Shown here: in pieces, positions 58,172 to 64,000 of the stretch | How positions within the stretch are numbered: position 1 is the first letter of the stretch | Layout of the letters: every line of letters begins with the position of its first letter | Source: Candidatus Moraniibacteriota bacterium | GTDB lineage: Bacteria > Patescibacteriota > Minisyncoccia > Moranbacterales > UBA1568 | NCBI GenBank assembly: GCA_028688415.1 | Contig: JAQTYF010000001.1 | Coordinates: forward strand, 780,020-844,019 | Length of the DNA stretch: 64,000 bases | Reading direction: 5' to 3' | Program-made: the position numbers and the translations under genes | Notes under the pieces: generated by a model | What the model was told of the DNA's origin: nothing | What the model saw: the letters and a program-made list of their open reading frames with translations, nothing else | Database searches by the model: none

Positions 58172-59317
58172 ATGAAATATATTTTCCGCTTCCTTTTTTT
58201 GATGATTGCTCTCGTCATTGGGAGTGTTTCGGTGTCTGCAAAAAATACAGTGACACCTGAAGCAACGCTGTCTTTCTTTCAATCGGTTATACCAATAACC
58301 GTATCACCTTCTATTCCGACTGTTTTTGAAATGCCGATTACCGACCCAGCGTTTCGAGACAGAGACTTTGCTCTCTACGAAGAAACAACTCAGACATTTC
58401 AACCAGCATTCTATAGGGAAAAAAGGACACCTTTACAGTTTTCTCTCCAGAGCGACAGTGCTATTGGTGCAGGGTCTCTCTCTGCACTGACAGATGGACT
58501 CGATACTTTTGTGGAATTTCCCGTGTCTCTTTCGACAGAAGAGAATAGTGTGACAATCGATTTTCGATCAGAACAATTGTCGACGCTCTCTGGTATCGTG
58601 TTGATACGTGAGCCGTATGGAGCATTACCGAAAACAGTGGAAATTAGCAGAGTAGATGCAGATGGAACACCTCAAATCGTTTTGGCTCGTACAAACGTTT
58701 CTGATCAAACAATTCGTTTTTTGAAAACAACGAGTGATCATTTCCGTATTTCTCTCGGATACAATCAGCCACTTCGTTTGCAGGAAATCAGTTTCTTCAA
58801 CGAAGAAATGCTCAATCTCGAAGAACGATCAATTCGTTTCCTCGCTCGTCCGGGAGAAAAATACGCACTCTATTTTCGTGCGGATCGTCCGTTCTTTTTG
58901 TCTTTTCGTGAGGAACCAAACCTCATCTCTGATAAAGACATACAAAAAGTAGCTCAAGGTACGGTCATAGTGAATACTCTTTATCTGCCTGCTGATATGG
59001 ATGGAGACAGCGTCATAGATGAACGAGATAATTGTATCAATGATGCGAATACTGATCAGCGAGATGAAAACACGAATGGAAGAGGTGATGTGTGCGATGA
59101 TTATGATCGGGACAGTGTCATCAATAGTGAGGACAATTGCCCGTCTCATCCCAATCTCAACCAGCGAGATACAGATAACGATGGGAAGGGTGATGTCTGT
59201 GATGGAGAAGAGAGTCGTGTCACAGAGCGTTATGCGTGGCTTCCTTGGCTTGTGATGGGAATAGGCGTACTTGTTGTCGGAGGGCTTTTTGTCGCTACGA
59301 TACGAGGCAAGAAATAA
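58172..59317 (+). CDS. Surface protein with thrombospondin type-3 Ca-binding repeats
   Basis: Signal peptide; DxDGD...DNC...NxDQRDxxxxGxGDVCD repeats; C-terminal TM helix. Confidence 0.8.
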   Translation: MKYIFRFLFLMIALVIGSVSVSAKNTVTPEATLSFFQSVIPITVSPSIPTVFEMPITDPAFRDRDFALYEETTQTFQPAFYREKRTPLQFSLQSDSAIGAGSLSALTDGLDTFVEFPVSLSTEENSVTIDFRSEQLSTLSGIVLIREPYGALPKTVEISRVDADGTPQIVLARTNVSDQTIRFLKTTSDHFRISLGYNQPLRLQEISFFNEEMLNLEERSIRFLARPGEKYALYFRADRPFFLSFREEPNLISDKDIQKVAQGTVIVNTLYLPADMDGDSVIDERDNCINDANTDQRDENTNGRGDVCDDYDRDSVINSEDNCPSHPNLNQRDTDNDGKGDVCDGEESRVTERYAWLPWLVMGIGVLVVGGLFVATIRGKK

Positions 59318-59417
59318 AGAAGAAAAAGAGTTTCTGAAAGTGTATCTTCTTGTTTTCAAAGGAAATGAGAGTATACTGGAAGTAATAAATATCGTGTTAA
59401 TTTATAACCATAATTTT

Positions 59418-59969
59418 ATGGCAGACAATATGTCACAGGGCGAAACAGGCGCTTCAGAAGAACACCATGATGAGTCGAAACAATCGGGTGCAAGTACTAT
59501 GCAGGCAGATATCAAGGGTCTGGTTGGTCCGCTTGAAGCAATACTTGATGAGTATATGGTGAGCAAGGCACCTTTTGCGCTTCCTCTCGGAATAAAGGAA
59601 TTCATTGTTACTGTTTCTCCATACCTCGTGATCATCTCTGTTATTTTTGCCCTCCCGCTTCTTTTGGGGGCACTCGGTCTTGGTGCGATAATGACACCGC
59701 TTGGTATGATGGCTGGTGGTTGGGGATTTGGCTGGGGTTTCAATCATATTGTTTCTTTGGTCGTGACCATAGCAACCATTCTGATACAGGCGTTTGCTGT
59801 ACCAGGATTGTTCAAGCGTACGAGTGCGTCATGGAGACTGCTTTTCTATGCAAGCATTGTGAGTTTGATAGGAAGTGTTCTTTCCGTATATGGTATTGTC
59901 GGAGGTATTATTGGAGCAATTATTTCTTGGTATATCCTCTTCCAATTGAAGGATATGTACAAAAACTAG
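59418..59969 (+). CDS. Conserved hypothetical membrane protein
   Basis: KAPFALP, AVPGLFKR and YILFQ patterns; several TM helices. Confidence 0.7.
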   Translation: MADNMSQGETGASEEHHDESKQSGASTMQADIKGLVGPLEAILDEYMVSKAPFALPLGIKEFIVTVSPYLVIISVIFALPLLLGALGLGAIMTPLGMMAGGWGFGWGFNHIVSLVVTIATILIQAFAVPGLFKRTSASWRLLFYASIVSLIGSVLSVYGIVGGIIGAIISWYILFQLKDMYKN

Positions 59970-60052
59970 GGAAGCTTGTAGCTTTTTAGCTTGTAGGAGG
60001 AATTGAGAAAAACAGGGGGTTGGCCCCTGTTTTTATTTTGTAAATATGTTTA

Positions 60053-60140
60053 CCCCGTTAGAGAATACTTTGTTTCACTCACAGAGGTGTTTATAGGCAC
60101 AAAATGTAAATTTATCGTTCGTTAAAGTTCTCTAACGGGG
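60053..60140. mobile_element. 88-bp MITE-like element
   Basis: Perfect 13-bp terminal inverted repeats CCCCGTTAGAGAA / TTCTCTAACGGGG. Confidence 0.6.
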
Positions 60141-60170
60141 CTAGCACAAGCCACAATAATCATAATGTAG

Positions 60171-60199
60171 TTGACAGAAATGTATTTTTGGTGTATAAT
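60171..60199 (+). promoter_or_regulatory. Consensus sigma70 promoter
   Basis: TTGACA-17 nt-TATAAT. Confidence 0.8.
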
Positions 60200-60282
60200 G
60201 TACTGTTATGAAGATAATGTATTTTCGTAGCAATATCAGTCAGGATTCCTGTTCGAATCCTTCACAACTCGAGGAGTAGTGT

Positions 60283-60543
60283 ATGTCACGTTTTTTCATT
60301 TTTTTGTTCTTTTCACTATCATTGATCTCTGGTTGTGCCTACCGCACGATCCATGTAGTCAACCCCGATGGGTCTCAGACGACAACATCTGAGACCGTGT
60401 ATGCACCTTCGCCGGTGTATGTCGATCCTTATTACTCTCCTCGGTATTATCGTGGTAACGATATACGATATCGACGAGACTACAAGGTGTGCTGGTACGA
60501 GCATCGTCGCGAGGGGTATCCGCCGGTGCTAATGTGCCGGTAA
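60283..60543 (+). CDS. Small putative lipoprotein, Tyr/Arg/Pro-rich
   Basis: GAGGAG RBS; lipobox-like LISGC. Confidence 0.65.
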   Translation: MSRFFIFLFFSLSLISGCAYRTIHVVNPDGSQTTTSETVYAPSPVYVDPYYSPRYYRGNDIRYRRDYKVCWYEHRREGYPPVLMCR

Positions 60544-60692
60544 GAGGTGGGACTGAACGCGGTCGCCACTTTTCCAGAGGCTCATTTCAGAAGAGAAATT
60601 TTTCTTCTATGAAATGAGCCTCTTTTCTTTTCCCTCCGATGCATTTTTGCGTTATACTATAGAGGCATACAATATTTGAATAAAAGAAAAAT

Positions 60693-62120
60693 ATGAAACA
60701 AACAAAAATCGTCGCCACGATCGGACCCGCATCAGAATCCAAAGAGATGTTACGGAAAATGATACTTGCAGGAATGAATGTGGTGCGTCTCAATTTCTCA
60801 CACGGTGCATACGAGTGGCACAAAGCAGTCATCGACAGAGTTCGCGAACTCTCTCTTGAGATGCATGTACCGATTGCTATTTTGGCTGATATTCAGGGAC
60901 CGCGGATTCGCACGGAAGTAAAAGAAGAGATTGTTCTCGTAAAAGGGGATCGTATTCGTTTGAGTGATATTGCCAAGAAAGAAGTTCTCGCAGACTCAGA
61001 ATATCCGACAGCGCTTCTTGATATGGCCGGTATGATCGATGGTGTGGATGTCAATCACAGCATTCTTATTGAAGATGGCACAATGGAGCTCGTGGTACGA
61101 GAAAAAGGAGCTGATTTTGTTCTTGCAGAGGCAAAAAATGACGGAGTGATCAAGAACCGAAAGGGCGTCACTCTTCCTGATTCGCATCTCGAACTTTCTA
61201 TTCTTTCAGAAAAAGACAGAAATGATGTGCGGTTTGTTGTGGAACAGGAAGTGGATTATATCGGACTGTCATTTGTTGGATCAGCGAGAGATATTGCAGA
61301 AGTACGTGAGCTCATACAAAATGTCATTTCAGAAGGATCTCCTGTTCCGAAAATTGTTTCCAAGATCGAACGCAAAGAAGCAATAAGAAATCTCACTGAA
61401 ATTATAAAAGGAAGTGATGCGGTGATGGTGGCGCGAGGAGATCTCGGTATCGAGATGCCAGAGAGTGAAGTTGCTATTTTGCAAAAGCAAATTATTGCGG
61501 AGAGTTTGCGAGCAGCCAAGCCAGTGATTGTTGCTACTCAAATGCTCAAGAGCATGACAGAAAATCCTCGTCCGACACGTGCCGAAGTCTCCGATGTGTC
61601 CAATGCGGTCATCGATCATGCGGATGCTGTGATGCTCTCCGAAGAATCCGCGATGGGTAAATATCCTGTGGAAGCCATTGCTATGATGGCGGAGATTATA
61701 GAGAAAACAGAAGAATCACCATTCGATGATATGTATAAGACGCTCAATGTGAATTTTCAGAGTGAGACAGCAACGATGATGAGAAGTGTATACGAGCTGG
61801 CAAAAAGCTTCCATGTTCAAGCAATCCTTTTGTTTTCGGTGAGTGGGCATGCTGCCAAACTCCTCTCTCATTTTCGTCCCGAGAACAAAATATTTGTTGC
61901 TACCAAGAGCCGCAATACCTACAATGAATTGGCTCTCGTATGGGGTGTGAATCCATATGTCTTCGAAAACGATGAAGAAACAGAAGATTTCATTACTCAT
62001 TTGATGGAGGTGACAAAGAATGACGGAAAACTTATGAGTGGAGATCAGGTGGTGATATTTCACGGACGAACAAAACAGGAAGATAACATGAAACTTGTCG
62101 GAATCAAAGAAATACGATAG
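60693..62120 (+). CDS. pyk: Pyruvate kinase
   Basis: TKIVATIGPAS, RLNFSHG, MVARGDLG, ATQML, PTRAE and DAVMLSEE motifs. Confidence 0.97.
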   Translation: MKQTKIVATIGPASESKEMLRKMILAGMNVVRLNFSHGAYEWHKAVIDRVRELSLEMHVPIAILADIQGPRIRTEVKEEIVLVKGDRIRLSDIAKKEVLADSEYPTALLDMAGMIDGVDVNHSILIEDGTMELVVREKGADFVLAEAKNDGVIKNRKGVTLPDSHLELSILSEKDRNDVRFVVEQEVDYIGLSFVGSARDIAEVRELIQNVISEGSPVPKIVSKIERKEAIRNLTEIIKGSDAVMVARGDLGIEMPESEVAILQKQIIAESLRAAKPVIVATQMLKSMTENPRPTRAEVSDVSNAVIDHADAVMLSEESAMGKYPVEAIAMMAEIIEKTEESPFDDMYKTLNVNFQSETATMMRSVYELAKSFHVQAILLFSVSGHAAKLLSHFRPENKIFVATKSRNTYNELALVWGVNPYVFENDEETEDFITHLMEVTKNDGKLMSGDQVVIFHGRTKQEDNMKLVGIKEIR

Positions 62121-62147
62121 AATCATACTTCAGTGAATAAAAAGCAA

Positions 62148-62405
62148 ATGTATTACGTTTATGTTCTTCAAAGTAAGAAAAATAAACGCCTTTATAAAGG
62201 CGTAACAAATGATTTAAAACGAAGATTGAAAGAACATAATAGTGGAAATGTTCCTTTTACGAAAAATTTAATGCCTTGGGAATTGATATATTATGAAGCG
62301 TTTCAGAATAAAGAAGATGCAAATAGAGAAGAAAAGTTTTTAAAAAGTGGAAAAGGGAGAGATCGAATAAAGTGGTTATTGAAAAGTGTACTTGAGGAAA
62401 AATAA
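62148..62405 (+). CDS. Stand-alone GIY-YIG nuclease (UPF0213/YhbQ-like)
   Basis: YYVYVL...LYKGVT.DLKRRL.EHN...RE..LKSG; alternative GTG start at 62133. Confidence 0.88.
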   Translation: MYYVYVLQSKKNKRLYKGVTNDLKRRLKEHNSGNVPFTKNLMPWELIYYEAFQNKEDANREEKFLKSGKGRDRIKWLLKSVLEEK

Positions 62406-62409
62406 GAAT

Positions 62410-62460
62410 GGAAAGGTGGCCCCAGCCCAAGGCTGGTCCGCCTTGGGCGGAGAGTGGTTG
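62410..62460 (+). pseudogene. 5' fragment of tRNA-Ser with 30-bp hairpin insertion
   Basis: GGAAAGGTGGCC[CCAGCCCAAGGCTGGTCCGCCTTGGGCGGA]GAGTGGTTG. Confidence 0.8.
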
Positions 62461-62469
62461 TAGACATAT

Positions 62470-62554
62470 GGAAAGGTGGCCGAGTGGTTGAAGGTACTCG
62501 CTTGGAAAGCGAGCATACCGAAAGGTATCGAGGGTTCGAATCCCTCCCTTTCCT
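62470..62554 (+). tRNA. tRNA-Ser(GGA), intact copy
   Basis: Acceptor GGAAAGG/CCTTTCC; CTCGC-TTGGAAA-GCGAG; long variable arm; GGTTCGAATCC. Confidence 0.93.
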
Positions 62555-62563
62555 CAGAGTAAA

Positions 62564-62678
62564 TAAAAGGTGGTCCCAGCCCAAGGCTGGTCCGCCTTGG
62601 GCGGAGAGTGGTTGAAGGTACTCGCTTGGAAAGCGAGCATACCGAAAGGTATCGAGGGTTCGAATCCCTCTCCTTCCT
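62564..62678 (+). pseudogene. tRNA-Ser(GGA)-derived repeat copy with D-loop insertion
   Basis: 124-bp period; 30-bp insert at 62576-62605; acceptor TAAAAGG/TCCTTCC cannot pair fully. Confidence 0.82.
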
Positions 62679-62687
62679 CAGAGTAAA

Positions 62688-62802
62688 TAAAAGGTGGCCC
62701 CAGCCCAAGGCTGGTCCGCCTTGGGCGGAGAGTGGTTGAAGGTACTCGCTTGGAAAGCGAGCATACCGAAAGGTATCGAGGGTTCGAATCCCTCTCCTTC
62801 CT
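62688..62802 (+). pseudogene. tRNA-Ser(GGA)-derived repeat copy with D-loop insertion
   Basis: Near-identical to 62564-62678 (one substitution seen); insert at 62700-62729. Confidence 0.82.
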
Positions 62803-62965
62803 CAATGAACATAGTGAATAGAGGTGAGAAGAAAGCAAACTTCCGCCAGCTGGCGGATGGCTTTCGTGAGGGATGAGAAAGACGGAGTGATGTTTCGTGA
62901 GTACACGAAACCACGAGTCAGGGTCGTGGAAATTTATGAGCGTCGGCGAATAAATTATCCCTGAC

Positions 62966-62985
62966 CGAATCCCTCTCCTTCCTCA
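62966..62985 (+). repeat. Duplicated tRNA-Ser 3' end
   Basis: CGAATCCCTCTCCTTCCTCA is identical to 62785-62804. Confidence 0.85.
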
Positions 62986-62989
62986 TCAG

Positions 62990-63024
62990 AAAAAAGCAGA
63001 CCATTTTATAGGTCTGCTTTTTTT
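62990..63024 (+). terminator. Intrinsic terminator closing the tRNA-Ser array
   Basis: AAAAAAGCAGACC-loop-GGTCTGCTTTTTTT. Confidence 0.8.
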
Positions 63025-63156
63025 ATAATGTGAATGAAAGAGGAATTTCTTAAACTTTCTCGTCCAAACCCCTGCTTTTCTTTGACTTCTAGAGACAATG
63101 ATGGTATACCGTGAGTTACGTAGTACATTTCCAAACTAAAGTTGAAAGGAAAAAAC

Positions 63157-63687
63157 ATGGGTAACAATCTGTTTCTGTACCTCTGTACTCACCTGAATTT
63201 GTTTCGTTATACAGCCACAAAATGTGGTCATCGTACAAAGCAAAATGGTTCGGTATCTGCATTTGGGCGTACCATTACCACTGAAATGCCGAAAAACGAA
63301 AATGGTTCGGTTGATTATTGCCTTGATTGCATTGGCAAAATGGCAATCCGTTGTGCGTGGTGCGGTGAACCAATTTTTATTGGCGATCCAGTCACCCTCT
63401 ATTCGCCGCCGATGAAAGAATTTCAAATTCCTCAGTATGCGGTCATCTATAGCGAAGTTCCATTGCGATTCATTGGTTGTCTCGGCTGGGACTGCGCTGA
63501 CACCGGAGCCGATCGATCTGGTTTCTGGTTGCCTGATGAAAATGGTAAGGGTTTTGTTTATCGAGTGCCTACCATCTACGAAAAAATATTTGAAACAAAA
63601 GGATCTCCCGTGATGATCATCGATGACCTCGGTGATAGAAGGGAGACTATGAGCTTCCGTTCTGTTCGAAGACCAGAAATGAAATAA
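63157..63687 (+). CDS. Hypothetical Cys-rich (putative Zn-binding) protein
   Basis: AAAGGA RBS; CGH, CLDC, CAWC and CLGWDC motifs. Confidence 0.65.
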   Translation: MGNNLFLYLCTHLNLFRYTATKCGHRTKQNGSVSAFGRTITTEMPKNENGSVDYCLDCIGKMAIRCAWCGEPIFIGDPVTLYSPPMKEFQIPQYAVIYSEVPLRFIGCLGWDCADTGADRSGFWLPDENGKGFVYRVPTIYEKIFETKGSPVMIIDDLGDRRETMSFRSVRRPEMK

Positions 63688-63745
63688 TTTTCAATGGCCT
63701 GTATGATTTGAGAGCTGACACAATACACTGTCAGCTCTTTTCTTT

Positions 63746-64000
63746 TTATAAATGTTTCTTCCCCCACGTATTGAGCGCACAGATGAGAGGGGCAAGACTC
63801 TTCCCTTTACGACTGAGAGTGTATTCTACTTTAGGAGGGATGGTCGGATAGACTTTTCGTGTGACGAGTTCGTGTTGTTCGAGTTCACGAAGAGACTGAA
63901 TAAGCATTTTTTCGCTGATTTTCGGAACAAGCTTTTTGAGCTCTCCATAGCGCTTTTTTCCACTTCCGAGATGCCAGATAAGAATCGTCTTCCATTTCCC
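63746..64000 (-). CDS. HxlR family wHTH regulator (5' truncated; not in ORF track)
   Basis: Manual translation GKWKTILIWHL...RYGELKK...ISEKML...LRELE...VYPTIPPKVEYTLS. Confidence 0.9.
   Translation of the reverse strand, partial: GKWKTILIWHLGSGKKRYGELKKLVPKISEKMLIQSLRELEQHELVTRKVYPTIPPKVEYTLSRKGKSLAPLICALNTWGKKHL

Noticed and set aside
62410-62804. CRISPR array
   Set aside because: The sequences between the 30-bp repeats are near-identical tRNA sequence, not unique spacers, and there are no cas genes in the window
62303-62914. Repeated minus-strand ORFs (RDSNPRYLSVCSLSKRVP)
   Set aside because: These are antisense translations of tRNA-Ser copies

Overview
The window is the replication-origin region of an AT-rich, genetic-code-11 bacterium. 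Its gene content points to Patescibacteria/CPR (Parcubacteria, probably Moranbacteria-like; this is inference). Housekeeping content includes rbfA-nrnA-udg, a minus-strand tRNA cluster, rplS, rluD, ldhA, an ahpC-sod-nrdAB operon, a surface-glycan cluster, jag-yidC-rnpA-rpmH / oriC / dnaA-dnaN-dciA, PBP1, ruvABC, a double-ATPase PilB, tsaE, polA-mutM, holA, rpsT, femX-murE, lemA-htpX and pyk. The unusual signal is mostly in tRNA genes and very small repeats. (1) A tRNA(CAU) is split by a 610-nt group I intron carrying an antisense HNH ORF in the P1 loop. (2) A stand-alone GIY-YIG nuclease abuts a tandem array of tRNA-Ser copies whose D-loops carry a 30-bp double hairpin. (3) Three tRNAs have their 3' end duplicated 150-190 bp downstream, with no integrase in the window. 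(4) REP-like palindromes and 7-bp-periodic tracts are inserted in frame in polA and femX. (5) All eight tRNA genes end in N73-CA rather than CCA. There is also a probable peptide-tagging writer/eraser locus: a 7TM protein, three ATP-grasp ligases (one fused to a RimB-like protease) and a convergent DUF1704/MATCAP-like carboxypeptidase. All calls come from reading the sequence and recognising motifs; no database searches were run.
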